A stretch of 64,000 bases of DNA from Alphaproteobacteria bacterium (GTDB taxonomy: Bacteria > Pseudomonadota > Alphaproteobacteria > UBA828). Numbering within the stretch: position 1 is the first letter of the stretch; each line of letters begins with the position of its first letter. Below, in pieces: positions 29,979-41,938 of the stretch. The stretch is taken from the NCBI GenBank assembly GCA_965220745.1, contig CBDCQT010000005.1, forward strand, positions 256,001 through 320,000, read 5' to 3'. The translations under genes were made by a program, and so were the position numbers. The notes beneath the pieces were generated by a model. That model worked only from the letters and a program-made list of their open reading frames with translations. It had not been told where the DNA came from and searched no databases.

Positions 29979-30127
29979 GGCTCCCTCCTCGGTCCCGCGC
30001 CTATTCTAGCGGGCGCTGATCGCGGCGCCCAAGAGCGGGAGTTCCGCCAACAAGTGTGCGGCCTATACAGCGCCGTGGCCCGCGGGGCATGCTGGGCAAA
30101 GAATTCGTCATCGCGGCGGGGGAGTCG

Positions 30128-30979
30128 ATGAACGACCGCCACCTGAGCGCCGACGAGGTGGCCCGGTTCCAGGACGACGGCTACCTGCATAAGCCGGCGC
30201 TGTTCGATGCCGAGGAGGTCGCGCTGATGCGCCAGGCGCTCGCGAACGACCCGGGCATCGCCGACCAGCGCAACACCATGGCGATGCACGACGCCGACGG
30301 CAGCGTCACCACGACCGTGCTGTGGACCGACCCCGGCGACGACCTGTTCGGTGCGATCGCGCGCTGCAAGCGGGTGGTGGAGGGCGCTGAGCTGCTGCTG
30401 GGCGGCGAGGTCTATCACTACCACTCCAAGCTGACCCTGAAGGCGCCCGAGACCGGCGGCGCCTGGAACTGGCATCAGGACTACGGCTACTGGTACTTCA
30501 ACGGCAATCTGTTCCCCGACATGCTCAGCGTCTTCATCGCCATCGACCCGGCGACGCAGGAGAACGGGTGCCTCCAGGTCATCCGGGGTTCGTCCCGCAT
30601 GGGCCGGCTCAACCACGAGCTGGTAGGGGGCCAGCTCACGGCCGAGCCGGAGCGGGTGGAGCACGCGTTGGAGCGGCTTGAGGCGGTCTCCTGCGAGATG
30701 GCGGCCGGCGACGCGCTCTTCCTGCACTGCAATACGCTGCACGGCTCGTCCAAGAACGTCTCCAGGCGAAGCCGCAACGTGCTGCTCTGCTGTTACAACG
30801 CCGCCCGCAACGATCCCTACAAGGACCATCACATGCCGCGCTACACGCCGCTGGAGAAGCTGCCGGACAGTGCGGTCAAGGAGCGCGGTGGCATTCACGC
30901 CGGCGCCAACCGGCGCTTCATGTGCCCCGAAGATCACCCCGACGATCAGGCCTCGCTCACGACGCCCGACACATCCTGA
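30128..30979 (+). CDS. Phytanoyl-CoA dioxygenase (PhyH) family Fe(II)/2OG dioxygenase
   Basis: WHQDYGYW (HxD), NGCLQVIRGS, LHGSSKN and distal Arg. Confidence 0.9.
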   Translation: MNDRHLSADEVARFQDDGYLHKPALFDAEEVALMRQALANDPGIADQRNTMAMHDADGSVTTTVLWTDPGDDLFGAIARCKRVVEGAELLLGGEVYHYHSKLTLKAPETGGAWNWHQDYGYWYFNGNLFPDMLSVFIAIDPATQENGCLQVIRGSSRMGRLNHELVGGQLTAEPERVEHALERLEAVSCEMAAGDALFLHCNTLHGSSKNVSRRSRNVLLCCYNAARNDPYKDHHMPRYTPLEKLPDSAVKERGGIHAGANRRFMCPEDHPDDQASLTTPDTS

Positions 30980-31125
30980 GAGGCCAAGTCTCGTCCTACC
31001 GGTTGGCGGACCACGCGGCGGCGATCGCGCGCGAAGTATCTGTGTGAAGTCTGGGCGAAATTGGGTACTCAAGGCTGCGACCGGGCCAGTGTGATGGAAT
31101 ACGAGAGGCGACAGGGATAGTTCCG

Positions 31126-32820
31126 ATGCCGCAAAGCGCACGAAAGGCCGCCGCGACAGGCAATATGGATGCCTCTTCCGATGCCCCGAAGGAGAAGGAC
31201 CAGCTGCGGTTCGTGATTTGCGGCGCCGCGGACGGAGGCAAATCGACCCTGCTCAAGTGTCTTCTGGACGAGTCGCAGACCGCGCTCGAGGGCAGCCCGC
31301 GGGCGGATCAGGGACCGGGCATCGCCACCGACGTCGCCTGGCGCCATTTCGAGACAGATAAGCGCAAGTTCATGGCAGCGGACGCGCCCGGTCACGAGCA
31401 AGACACGGGAACCGTGGCGATGGGCGCGGCGTCGGCGGACCTGGCGGTCATCCTGGTGGACGCGCGCACGGGCATCCTGACCCAGACCCGGCGCGACAGC
31501 TATGTCGTCTCCCTCATGGGCGTCCGGCAGGCCGTTCTCGCGGTCAACAAGATGGACCTGGCGGGCTATGCACAGGCGGTCTTCGAGGCCATCGCGGAGG
31601 AATACGCGGCCTTCGCCAATGAACTCGGGATCGAGAACGTCCACGCGATCCCGCTTTCCGCCTTGACCGGTGAGAACGTGCGCGCGGGCGGGAGTGCCAT
31701 GCCCTGGTATGCCGGCCCGACGCTCATGGAGGCGCTGGAAGGTGCGGACTCGGGAAGCGACCCCGCCCGCGGTTCCTTCCGCCTGCCGGTGCAGCGGATA
31801 GACCGCTCCGATCCGGACTCGCGCGGTCTAGTTGGCACCATCGCCTCGGGGCGCGGCGATGTCATTGCCGACCCGATCCGGCCGCCGGCCGCCGCCGACC
31901 AATTTGCGGCCCATCTGATCTGGCTGGACGAATCCGCGATGCTGCCCGGACGGACCTACGCCATCCGGATCGGCACCGCGTCGGCGACAGCACAAATCAC
32001 CGACCTGGTCCACCGGGTGGACGTGGACACGCTGAGGCACCTCGCGGCGAAGACGCTCGAACGCGACGAGGTCGGCTATTGCAAGCTCGCACTCGACTGC
32101 CGGGTGGCCTTCGATCCCTATTCCGAAAACCGCCGCACCGGCGCCTTCGTGCTGATCGACAAGTTCACCGGTGCCACGGCCGGTGTGGGCGTCATCCACT
32201 TCCCGCTGCGCCGCGCCACCAATGTCGTCTGGCAGCCCTCGAAGATCGACCGGGCGGCACGGGCGTATGCCAAGGGCCAGATGCCCCGTTTGCTGTGGAT
32301 TACGGGTCTGCCGGCCGCGGGGAAATCGACGGTCGCCGACCGGCTCGAGCAGAAGCTGCACGCTGCCGGCGTCCACACCTATTTGCTGGACGGCGACAAT
32401 GTGCGGCATGGCCTGAACCGGGATCTCGGCTTCACCGAGCAAGACCGCGTGGAGAACGTCCGGCGCGTTGCCGAGGTCGCGAAACTGATGGTGGACGCGG
32501 GACTTGTCGTCATCGTCTCCATGATCTCGCCGTTCAGGTCCGAACGTCGGATGGCGCGGGACCTTGCGAGCGAAGGCGAGTTTGTCGAAATCTTCGTCGA
32601 TACGCCGCTTGCAGTTTGCGAGGCGCGCGACCCGAAGGGGCTCTACAAGCGCGCGCGCGCGGCTGAGCTCATCAACTTCACCGGCATCGATTCGCCCTAT
32701 GAGCCCCCCGAGGCCGCCGAGATTATCCTGAAGGGCGCGGAAGAGGACCCCGACACCCTTGCAGACCGGGTCGTCGACTACCTGAACGTCAATCAGACCA
32801 TCCCGCCCGACGCATCCTGA
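31126..32820 (+). CDS. cysC: Adenylyl-sulfate kinase fused to a degenerate CysN-like GTPase (CysNC/NodQ-derived)
   Basis: Intact C-terminal APS kinase ([40 protein letters not shown]). N-terminal CysN-like part has altered motifs and a deletion. The start could be 31165. Confidence 0.8.
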   Translation: MPQSARKAAATGNMDASSDAPKEKDQLRFVICGAADGGKSTLLKCLLDESQTALEGSPRADQGPGIATDVAWRHFETDKRKFMAADAPGHEQDTGTVAMGAASADLAVILVDARTGILTQTRRDSYVVSLMGVRQAVLAVNKMDLAGYAQAVFEAIAEEYAAFANELGIENVHAIPLSALTGENVRAGGSAMPWYAGPTLMEALEGADSGSDPARGSFRLPVQRIDRSDPDSRGLVGTIASGRGDVIADPIRPPAAADQFAAHLIWLDESAMLPGRTYAIRIGTASATAQITDLVHRVDVDTLRHLAAKTLERDEVGYCKLALDCRVAFDPYSENRRTGAFVLIDKFTGATAGVGVIHFPLRRATNVVWQPSKIDRAARAYAKGQMPRLLWITGLPAAGKSTVADRLEQKLHAAGVHTYLLDGDNVRHGLNRDLGFTEQDRVENVRRVAEVAKLMVDAGLVVIVSMISPFRSERRMARDLASEGEFVEIFVDTPLAVCEARDPKGLYKRARAAELINFTGIDSPYEPPEAAEIILKGAEEDPDTLADRVVDYLNVNQTIPPDAS

Positions 32821-32931
32821 AGGGCTGCTTTGCATGGCAGCCCCTACGGATAGGTATACGCACAACTGTTGCCCGCCTCTTGGTCATGGGCGTATACAGG
32901 GCCGGCCACGGGCCACGCGCCAGGGGTGGCA

Positions 32932-33366
32932 ATGTCAGACCAGCGAATTGCCATTGCTTCCGACCACGCAGGCGTCAGCCTCAAGGCGGTGCTGCGCGCC
33001 GACCTGGAAGCTGCGGGACGCGAGATCGTCGACTTGGGGCCCGACGGCGACGGCCCGGTCGACTATCCCGACTATGCGCAGGCCGTGGCGCAGGCGATCG
33101 AAAGCGGGCACGCCGGGCAGGGCGTCCTGATCTGCGGGAGCGGCATCGGCATGAGCATCGCAGTCAACCGCAGCCGCGCGGTGCGGGGCGCGCTCTGCCA
33201 CGACGCGGACGAGGCGCGGCTTGCGCGCGCCCACAACGACGCCAATGTCCTCGCGCTCGGCGCCCGGCGCGTGTCGGAGGAGACCGCGCGCAGCTGTCTG
33301 CGGGCGTTTCTGGACACCGAATTCGAGGGCGGCCGCCACCAAGCGCGCGTCGCCAAGCTCTCCTGA
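32932..33366 (+). CDS. rpiB: Ribose-5-phosphate isomerase B
   Basis: [31 protein letters not shown] and FEGGRH motifs. Confidence 0.96.
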   Translation: MSDQRIAIASDHAGVSLKAVLRADLEAAGREIVDLGPDGDGPVDYPDYAQAVAQAIESGHAGQGVLICGSGIGMSIAVNRSRAVRGALCHDADEARLARAHNDANVLALGARRVSEETARSCLRAFLDTEFEGGRHQARVAKLS

Positions 33367-33389
33367 GCGAACGAGAAAGGAAAACGACC

Positions 33390-34700
33390 TTGGCTGCTTC
33401 CACGCGCTCCGAGAGCGGGGCTGGGACTTCGTTTTTCACCAGCTCCCTGCAGGACGCCGATGCGGCGGTGTACGCGGCGGTCTCCGGTGAGGTCGAGCGC
33501 CTGCAGACCACCATCGAGCTGATCGCGTCGGAGAACATCGTGAGCCGTGCGGTGCTGGAGGCGCAGGGCTCGGTGCTCACCAACAAGTATGCCGAGGGCT
33601 ATCCCGGCCGGCGCTACTACGGCGGCTGCGAGAACGTCGATATCGGCGAGAGCCTGGCCATCGAGCGCGCGCTCGCGATCTTCGGCTGCGGCTTCGCCAA
33701 CGTGCAGCCGCACTCCGGCGCGCAGGCGAACCAGGCGGCCTTTCTCGCGACGCTGGAGCCGGGCGACGCCTTTCTCGGGCTCTCGCTTGCCGCCGGCGGG
33801 CACCTTACCCACGGCGCGCCGCCCAACCTCTCGGGCAAGTGGTTCAAGGCGATCCAGTACGGCGTGGGCCGCGAGGACGGCCTGATCGATTTCGACGAGG
33901 TGGAGGCGCTGGCGGAGGCCGAGAGGCCCAAGCTGATCCTCGCCGGGGGCTCCGCCTATCCCCGCATCATCGACTTCGCGCGCTTCCGCAAGATCGCGGA
34001 TTCGGTGGATGCGATTTTCATGGTCGATATGGCCCATTTCGCAGGGCTGGTCGCGGCCGGGATTCATCCGAACCCGTTCCCCCATGCCCATATCGTCACG
34101 ACCACGACCCACAAGACCCTGCGCGGCCCGCGCGGCGGCATGATCCTGACCGACGACGAGGCGCTGGCGAAGCGGATCAACTCGGCGGTCTTCCCCGGCC
34201 TCCAGGGCGGGCCGCTGGAGCATGTCATTGCGGCCAAGGCGGTGGCGCTGGGCGAGGCGATGACGCCCGCGTTCAAGGACTACGCCCGGCAGGTGGTGGA
34301 CAACGCCAAGGTGCTGGCGAGCGCGCTGATGGAGCGCGGCTACGACATCGTCTCCGGCGGGACCGACACGCACCTGATGCTGGTGGACCTGCGCGCCAAG
34401 GAGCTCACCGGCAAGGTGGCGGAGGCGGTGCTGGAGCACGCCGGCATCACCTGCAACAAGAACGGCGTCCCCTTCGATCCGCAGAAGCCATGGATCACAT
34501 CCGGTATCAGGCTCGGCACCCCGGCGGCGACGAGCCGCGGCTTCGGTGCGGCCGAGTTCCGGCGGATCGCTGGCTGGATCGCCGACCTGCTCGACCGCGA
34601 GGCCGAAGCAGTAGGCAGCAGCGAGGAACTCGCGGCAGAGATCCGCGAGGAGGTTCGCGCGCTCTGCGCCGCCTTCCCCGTCTACCCCGGTCACGCCTGA
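33390..34700 (+). CDS. glyA: Serine hydroxymethyltransferase
   Basis: [21 protein letters not shown] and [14 protein letters not shown]; TTG start after an AAGGA RBS. Confidence 0.97.
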   Translation: MAASTRSESGAGTSFFTSSLQDADAAVYAAVSGEVERLQTTIELIASENIVSRAVLEAQGSVLTNKYAEGYPGRRYYGGCENVDIGESLAIERALAIFGCGFANVQPHSGAQANQAAFLATLEPGDAFLGLSLAAGGHLTHGAPPNLSGKWFKAIQYGVGREDGLIDFDEVEALAEAERPKLILAGGSAYPRIIDFARFRKIADSVDAIFMVDMAHFAGLVAAGIHPNPFPHAHIVTTTTHKTLRGPRGGMILTDDEALAKRINSAVFPGLQGGPLEHVIAAKAVALGEAMTPAFKDYARQVVDNAKVLASALMERGYDIVSGGTDTHLMLVDLRAKELTGKVAEAVLEHAGITCNKNGVPFDPQKPWITSGIRLGTPAATSRGFGAAEFRRIAGWIADLLDREAEAVGSSEELAAEIREEVRALCAAFPVYPGHA

Positions 34701-34713
34701 GAGGAGGCCCGCC

Positions 34714-35172
34714 GTGCGCTGTCCCTTCTGCGGCAATGAAGACACGCAGGTGAAGGATTCGCGGCCGACGGAGGACAACACCGCGATCCGCCGCCGCCGG
34801 CAATGCACCAACTGCGCCGGCCGCTTCACCACCTTCGAGAGGATTCAGCTGCGCGAGCTCTCGGTGATCAAGAGCAACGGCCAGCGGGTGCCTTTCGAGC
34901 GCGAGAAGATGGCGCGCTCGATGCAGATCGCGCTGCGCAAGCGGCCGGTGGAACCCGACCGGGTCGATCACATCGTGACCGGCATCGTGCGCCGGCTGGA
35001 GAGCCTGGGCGAGACCGAGATCCCGAGCACGGTGATCGGGGAGATGGTGATGGAGGCGCTTTCGGGCCTGGATCAGGTCGCATACGTGCGCTTCGCCTCG
35101 GTCTACCGGAACTTCGGCGAGAAGAAGGACTTCGAGGAGTTCATCGGCGGCCTCGCCGACGAGCGGGACTGA
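34714..35172 (+). CDS. nrdR: Transcriptional repressor NrdR
   Basis: MRCPFCG...RRRRQCTNC zinc ribbon, ATP-cone and [10 protein letters not shown]. Confidence 0.97.
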   Translation: MRCPFCGNEDTQVKDSRPTEDNTAIRRRRQCTNCAGRFTTFERIQLRELSVIKSNGQRVPFEREKMARSMQIALRKRPVEPDRVDHIVTGIVRRLESLGETEIPSTVIGEMVMEALSGLDQVAYVRFASVYRNFGEKKDFEEFIGGLADERD

Positions 35173-35177
35173 GGGCT

Positions 35178-36296
35178 GTGGCGGCGGCCGATCCGTCACT
35201 CGACCGCCGCTTCATGGCGCTGGCGCTGGCACTCGCAGGACGGGGCCTCGGCAACGTGTGGCCCAATCCGGCGGTGGGTTGCGTGCTCGTGCGGGGCGGG
35301 CACTTCGTCGGCCGGGGCTGGACCCAGCCGGGCGGCCGGCCCCATGCCGAAACCGAGGCGCTCGCCCGCGCGGGCGACGGCGCGCAAGGCGCCACCTGCT
35401 ACGCCACCCTGGAGCCCTGCGCCCATCATGGCGAGACCGGCCCCTGCGTGGACGCACTGGTGGAGGCCGGGATCGCGCGCGCCGTGGTCGCGACCGAAGA
35501 CCCTGACCCGCGCGTCGCGGGCCGCGGCAACGCCACGCTCGAGGCGGCGGGGATCGAGGTCGCGCGGGGCTGCATGGAGAGGGAGGCGCGCGCGCTCAAC
35601 GCGGGCTTCCTCTCGCGCGTTGAGAAGGGCAGGCCCCAAGTCACGCTCAAGCTCGCGAGCACGCTGGACGGGCGGATCGGGACGCATACGGGCGACAGCC
35701 GCTGGATCACCGGTCCGCTGGCACGGGCGCGCGGGCACCTGATGCGGGCAAGGCACGACGCGGTGGTGGTGGGGGCCGCGAGCGCGGTGGCCGACGACCC
35801 GGCACTCACCTGCCGGCTGCCGGGCCTGGACGGCCGAAGCCCGGTCCGCGTCGTGATCGACGGCAGCGCCCGGCTGCCGAAGAGCCACGCGCTCATCGCC
35901 GGCGCGGGAGACACACCCACGTGGATCGTCTCGACGGAAGCGCTCGGAAGCGACAGGCGGCACGCGGCCTGGCGCGAGGCAGGCGTGGAGATCATCGAGG
36001 TGGCGGCGCAGGCGGACGGGCGACCGGCGCTCAAGGCCGCGCTGGAAGCGCTGGCGGGGCGCGGCCTCACCCGAGTCCTGGTCGAGGGCGGCGGCCGGCT
36101 CGCGGCGGCGCTGCTCTGCGCCGGCCTGGTGGATCGCATCGAATGGTTCCGCGCGCCGGGCGCCATCGGCGGGGACGGCGTGCCGGCGCTTGCCGCGCTC
36201 GGCGTGGACCGCGCAGGCGACATGCCTCGCTTCCGCCGCGTCTCCTCGGCCGCGCTCGGCGAGGACGTGCTGGACACCCTGGTGCCGGCAGACTAA
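35178..36296 (+). CDS. ribD: Bifunctional pyrimidine deaminase/reductase RibD
   Basis: WPNPAVGCV, HAE, TLEPCAH..C, SRWITG and VLVEGGG motifs. Confidence 0.95.
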   Translation: MAAADPSLDRRFMALALALAGRGLGNVWPNPAVGCVLVRGGHFVGRGWTQPGGRPHAETEALARAGDGAQGATCYATLEPCAHHGETGPCVDALVEAGIARAVVATEDPDPRVAGRGNATLEAAGIEVARGCMEREARALNAGFLSRVEKGRPQVTLKLASTLDGRIGTHTGDSRWITGPLARARGHLMRARHDAVVVGAASAVADDPALTCRLPGLDGRSPVRVVIDGSARLPKSHALIAGAGDTPTWIVSTEALGSDRRHAAWREAGVEIIEVAAQADGRPALKAALEALAGRGLTRVLVEGGGRLAAALLCAGLVDRIEWFRAPGAIGGDGVPALAALGVDRAGDMPRFRRVSSAALGEDVLDTLVPAD

Positions 36297-36306
36297 CGAA
36301 CGCGCC

Positions 36307-36900
36307 ATGTTCTCAGGGATCGTCACAGACGTGGGCCGCGTGCGGTCGGTCGCCGAGAGCGCCGGCGGCGGCCTCAGGCTGGAGATCGGGACCGCCTACG
36401 ACACCGGCACCGTCGCGCTCGGCGCGTCCATCGCCTGCTCGGGCCCGTGCCTCACCGTGGTCGACAGGGGACCGGGGTGGTTCGCGGTGGACGTCTCCCG
36501 CGAGACCGCGGACCGCACGACCCTCGGCGACTGGCGCGCGGGCACAGGCGTCAACCTGGAGCGCGCGCTCGCGCTTGGCGACGAACTCGGCGGCCACCTG
36601 GTGACCGGCCATATCGACGGCGTTGCGGTGGTCGAGGGCGCCGAGCCAGAAGGGGAGTCGCTCTGCCTCACGATCCGCTGTCCCGCAGAATTCTCGCGCT
36701 TCGTCGCCTCCAAGGGGTCGGTCGCGCTCGATGGCGTCTCGCTCACGGTGAACGAAGTCGACGGCGACGTGTTTGGCATCAATCTGATCCCTCACACGCT
36801 GGCTGAGACCACCTTCCAGGAGTGTGCCGCCGGCCGCAGGCTCAATCTTGAGGTGGACCTGATCGCGCGCTACCTTGCGCGCCTTCATTCCGAGCGCTGA
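36307..36900 (+). CDS. ribE: Riboflavin synthase
   Basis: MFSGIV N-terminus; [24 protein letters not shown] and NLEVD. Confidence 0.95.
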   Translation: MFSGIVTDVGRVRSVAESAGGGLRLEIGTAYDTGTVALGASIACSGPCLTVVDRGPGWFAVDVSRETADRTTLGDWRAGTGVNLERALALGDELGGHLVTGHIDGVAVVEGAEPEGESLCLTIRCPAEFSRFVASKGSVALDGVSLTVNEVDGDVFGINLIPHTLAETTFQECAAGRRLNLEVDLIARYLARLHSER

Positions 36901-36909
36901 AAGGTCGAG

Positions 36910-38050
<1,141 letters not shown>

Positions 38051-38058
<8 letters not shown>

Positions 38059-38497
38059 CGGGCGGCGGGTCCTCATCCTGGAGGCGCGCTTCTACGAGGA
38101 TATCGCCGACCAGCTGGTGACGGGCGCTGTGGGCGCCCTCGACGGGGCCGGCGTGGGCCACGAGCGGTTGAGCGTGCCCGGCGCCTTCGAGCTGCCGGCG
38201 GCACTTGCCATGGCGATCGCGAGCGGCCGCTACGACGGCTTCGTCGCGCTCGGCTGCGTCATCCGGGGCGAGACCAGCCATTACGAGCATGTCTGCGGCG
38301 AGTGCGCGCGCGGGCTCGCCATGCTGGCCGAGCAGCACCGCATCGCGCTCGGCTTCGGCGTGGTGACCGCCGAGAACCGCGCGCAGGCCTGGGAGCGGGC
38401 GGCGACAGACCGCAAGAACAAGGGCGCCGATGCCGCCCAAGCCTGCCTCGCGATGATGGCGATTCGCGCCTCCCTCGGCGCGGACTCTCAAGGCTAG
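38051..38497 (+). CDS. ribH: 6,7-dimethyl-8-ribityllumazine synthase
   Basis: VPGAFELP and ALGCVIRGETSHYE motifs. Confidence 0.95.
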
Positions 38498-38502
38498 GCG
38501 CG

Positions 38503-39027
38503 ATGACCGCCGCCCCCGGCGCGGCCCAGGCCCCGGCGCCACGGGGGCAGGGGCGGAGCAGCGCGCGGCTCGCCTGCGTCCAGGCGCTCTACCAGATCGA
38601 GATGTCCGGCCAGTCGGCGGACGAGGTAATCGAGGAGTTTCTGAGCCACCGCGCCGGCCACGAGATCGACGGCGAGCGCTACGCGGCGCCGCACCGCCGC
38701 CACTTCGAGCGCACGGTGCGCGAGGCGGCCGCGCGGGCGGACGAGTTCGACGCCCTGGTGGCGGCGACGCTCGCGCAGCACTGGAGCATGGAGCGGCTGG
38801 GCACCGTGGTGCGCGCTCTGATGCGCGCCGCCACCTGCGAGCTCGCGGCCTGCCCGGACGTGCCGGCGCGCGTGGTGATCGACGAGTACGTCGAGCTTGC
38901 GCGCGCCTTCTTCTCCGAGCGTGAGCCGGCCTTCGTCAACGGCGCGCTCGACAGCCTGGCGCGCAGGCTGCGCGCGGCGGAGATGGCGGACGGAGCGGAC
39001 CATGACCAGCCGGCCCAAGAGCGGTGA
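38503..39027 (+). CDS. nusB: Transcription antitermination factor NusB
   Basis: RSSARLACVQALYQ, VVIDEYVELA and FVNGALD motifs. Confidence 0.95.
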   Translation: MTAAPGAAQAPAPRGQGRSSARLACVQALYQIEMSGQSADEVIEEFLSHRAGHEIDGERYAAPHRRHFERTVREAAARADEFDALVAATLAQHWSMERLGTVVRALMRAATCELAACPDVPARVVIDEYVELARAFFSEREPAFVNGALDSLARRLRAAEMADGADHDQPAQER

Positions 39028-39991
39028 ATTCGACCTCATCGCCCGCTTCTTCGAGCCTCTGAGCCGCGCCGCGCCGGGCGCGTTCGCGCTCGGCAACGAC
39101 GGCGCACTGCTGACCCCGCCTGAAGGCGCCAGCCTCGTCGTCACCAAGGACCTGATGGTGGCCGGCGTGCACTACCCGGAGGGTGAAGATCCCGCGATTC
39201 TCGCCCGCCGGCTGCTGCGCGTGAACCTCTCGGACCTCGCGGCCATGGGCGCGGACGCCACAGCGTATGCGCTCGGCCTCGCGCTGCCTGCGGACGTCGG
39301 CGACGACTGGGTGGAGGCGTTCGCGGCGGGGCTCGGCCTGGACCAGGAGACCTTCGGCGTCGCGCTGATCGGCGGTGACACGGTGGCGACCCAGGGGCCG
39401 GCGGTGCTCTCGCTCACGGCCTTCGGCACAGTCGAGGGCGATGCCTGCCTCACCCGCTCGGGCGCGGGCGCGGGCGACGACATCTACGTCTCGGGCACCA
39501 TCGGCGACGCGACGCTGGGCTTGCGCGCGGTGCAGGGCGGCCTCGCCGCGTTGGCGCCCGAGGACCGTCAGGCCCTTGCCGCGCGCTTCCGCCTGCCCGA
39601 GCCCCGGCTCGCGCTGGGTGCGGCGCTCGTCGGGCTCGCAAGCTGCGCCATCGATGTCTCGGACGGGCTGGTGGCGGATCTGGGGCACCTCTGCGCCGAG
39701 TCAGGCGTCGCGGCGCGCATCGAGGCGGATGCCGTGCCGCTGTCGGACCCCGCGCGGCGGGCGCTCGCCGGGGGCGAGGCGGCGATCGCCGATCTGATCA
39801 CCGGCGGGGACGACTACGAGCTGCTGTTCTGCGCGCCGCCCCCGGCGCGAGGCGATATCGATGCTCTCGGCTTCCGCCTCGACCTGGCGCTTACACGCAT
39901 CGGAGCGATCGAGTCGGGGCAGGGCGTCACGGTGGTTGACGCCGACGGTCAGCCGCTCGCACTCGGGCGCCTCGGCTACCAGCACTTCTAA
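39002..39991 (+). CDS. thiL: Thiamine-phosphate kinase
   Basis: GEFDLIARFF, NLSDLAAMGA, LIGGDT, IDVSDGL and GGDDYELLF motifs. Confidence 0.95.
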   Translation: MTSRPKSGEFDLIARFFEPLSRAAPGAFALGNDGALLTPPEGASLVVTKDLMVAGVHYPEGEDPAILARRLLRVNLSDLAAMGADATAYALGLALPADVGDDWVEAFAAGLGLDQETFGVALIGGDTVATQGPAVLSLTAFGTVEGDACLTRSGAGAGDDIYVSGTIGDATLGLRAVQGGLAALAPEDRQALAARFRLPEPRLALGAALVGLASCAIDVSDGLVADLGHLCAESGVAARIEADAVPLSDPARRALAGGEAAIADLITGGDDYELLFCAPPPARGDIDALGFRLDLALTRIGAIESGQGVTVVDADGQPLALGRLGYQHF

Positions 39992-40012
39992 GGGAAGCAT
40001 TAGCGCGTGACG

Positions 40013-40042
40013 TTGACCGGCCGGGGCGGGCTGGTCATAACT
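40013..40042 (+). promoter_or_regulatory. Sigma70-like promoter for the GST pair
   Basis: TTGACC-N17-CATAACT about 50 bp upstream of ATG 40093. Confidence 0.45.
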
Positions 40043-40092
40043 CCGGGCGCGGGCGGCTGCTGCGCCCGAAGCCGTGAAAGGGAAAGGGCGCC

Positions 40093-40788
40093 ATGATCGA
40101 TCTCTATTACTGGCCGACGCCGAACGGGTGGAAGCTCACCATCCTCTTCGAGGAGCTCGGCATCCCGTACAACGTGATTCCCGTGGACATCAACAAGGGC
40201 GAGCAGTTCGAGCCGGACTTCCTGGCCATCGCGCCCAACAACCGGATGCCGGCGGTGGTCGACCCCGAGGGGGCGGACGGCAAGCCGCTCTCGCTCTTCG
40301 AATCCGGCGCGATCATGCTGCACTACGCCGACAAGCACGGCCGCTTCATCCCCGCCGACGAGCGCGGTCGGGCCGAGGTGCTGCAGTGGCTCTTCTTCCA
40401 GATGGGCAACGTCGGGCCGATGCTCGGCCAGTGCCACCACTTCCGCAACTACGCGCCGGAGCAGCTCCCCTACGCGGTGGAGCGCTACACCAACGAGGCG
40501 AGCCGGCTCTATCGGGTGGTGAACAAGCGGCTTGAGGACCGTGAGTGGGTCGCGGGCGAGTATTCCATCGCCGACATGGCGATCTTTCCGTGGATGCGGC
40601 TCTGGTACAACCAGGGGCAGGAGATCGAGGACTATCCCCACCTCGGCGCCTGGCTTGAGCGCAACAAGGAGCGCCCGGCGGTGCGCCGCGGCCTCGACGT
40701 GATGGCCGACCAGATCCGCAAGAAGCCCGTGTTCACCGAGGAAGAGCGCTCGATCATGTTCGGCGCCAAGCAGTTCGAAGCGCGGTAG
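40093..40788 (+). CDS. Glutathione S-transferase, YfcG/Nu-class-like
   Basis: WPTPNGWK, PNNRMPA, LFESGAI, WLFFQMG and YSIADMA motifs. Confidence 0.92.
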   Translation: MIDLYYWPTPNGWKLTILFEELGIPYNVIPVDINKGEQFEPDFLAIAPNNRMPAVVDPEGADGKPLSLFESGAIMLHYADKHGRFIPADERGRAEVLQWLFFQMGNVGPMLGQCHHFRNYAPEQLPYAVERYTNEASRLYRVVNKRLEDREWVAGEYSIADMAIFPWMRLWYNQGQEIEDYPHLGAWLERNKERPAVRRGLDVMADQIRKKPVFTEEERSIMFGAKQFEAR

Positions 40789-40801
40789 GGAGGGAGAGGC
40801 A

Positions 40802-41419
40802 ATGATCGACCTCTACACCTTCGGCACGCCGAACGGCGTGAAGGTCTCCATCATGCTCGAGGAGGTCGGGCTCCCCTACCGGGCACACACGATCAACATC
40901 CTGGAAGACGAGCAGTTCGATCCCGAGTTCCTCAAGATCAGCCCCAACAACAAGATCCCGGCGATCGTGGATTCCGACGGGCCGGACGGCGAGCCGATCT
41001 CACTCTTCGAGTCGGGCGCGATCCTGCTCTATCTCGCGGACAAGACCGGCCAGCTGATCCCGGCGGATGCGCGCGGGCGCTGGCGCGTGATGGAGTGGCT
41101 GATGTTCCAGATGGGGGGCGTCGGCCCGATGTTCGGCCAGACCAACCACTTCCGGCGCTTCGCCAAGGAGGAGGTGCCCTACGCCATCGAGCGCTACACC
41201 ACCGAGGCGCACCGGCTCTACGGCGTGATGGATCGCAGGCTGGCGGAGCGCGACTTCCTCGCCGGCGACTATTCCATCGCCGACATCGCCTGCGTCGGCT
41301 GGGTCGGGCGCTGGGAGTGGCACGGCATCGACTGGGCCGACTACCCGAACCTGCACCGCTGGTTCGAGACCATCCGCGCCCGGCCCGCGGTGCAGCGGGG
41401 GCTCAAGGTCCCGCAGTAG
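40802..41419 (+). CDS. Glutathione S-transferase, YfcG/Nu-class-like (second copy)
   Basis: GTPNGVK, SPNNKIPA, LFESGAIL, WLMFQMGG and YSIADIA motifs. Confidence 0.92.
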   Translation: MIDLYTFGTPNGVKVSIMLEEVGLPYRAHTINILEDEQFDPEFLKISPNNKIPAIVDSDGPDGEPISLFESGAILLYLADKTGQLIPADARGRWRVMEWLMFQMGGVGPMFGQTNHFRRFAKEEVPYAIERYTTEAHRLYGVMDRRLAERDFLAGDYSIADIACVGWVGRWEWHGIDWADYPNLHRWFETIRARPAVQRGLKVPQ

Positions 41420-41430
41420 GGCGCTAGCTC

Positions 41431-41925
41431 ATGGCTGAGCCGCTCGCTCATCCGGCGGTGCGCCGGGTGCAGGCGGCGCTCGCCGAGGCCGGGTCGGGGG
41501 CGCAGGTGATCGCGCTCGCCAGCACCGCGCGGAGCGCCGAGGACGCCGCCGCCAGCATCGGCACCCCGCTCGGCAGCATCGTGAAGTCTCTGGTCTTCAC
41601 CGTCGCCGGCGCGCCGGTGATGGCGCTGGTCGCGGGTGATCGGCGCTGCGACCCGAAGGCGCTAGGGCGGGCGCTCGGCCGCGAGGGAAAGGTCCGCCGC
41701 GCCGATGCCGACGCCGTCCGCGCCGCCACTGGGTTTTCCATCGGCGGGGTCGCGCCGGTGGCGCACGAGACGCAGCTATCGGTCGCGATCGACGCGAGCC
41801 TCGGGCGCTTCGAGACCGTCTACGCCGCCGCCGGCCACCCGCACTGCGTCTTCGCGACCACGATCGACGAGCTTCAGCGCCTCACCGACGGGACGGTCAC
41901 GGGGGAGATTGCCGTCGAACAGTAG
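41431..41925 (+). CDS. YbaK/EbsC family aminoacyl-tRNA editing protein
   Basis: IVKSLVF, TGFSIGGVAP and YAAAGHP motifs. Confidence 0.9.
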   Translation: MAEPLAHPAVRRVQAALAEAGSGAQVIALASTARSAEDAAASIGTPLGSIVKSLVFTVAGAPVMALVAGDRRCDPKALGRALGREGKVRRADADAVRAATGFSIGGVAPVAHETQLSVAIDASLGRFETVYAAAGHPHCVFATTIDELQRLTDGTVTGEIAVEQ

Positions 41926-41938
41926 AATTTTCGGCGGG

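Noticed and set aside
32880-33389. Apparent N-terminal extension of GlyA (606-aa ORF)
   Set aside because: Overlaps rpiB in another frame; glyA has an RBS and a TTG start at 33390.
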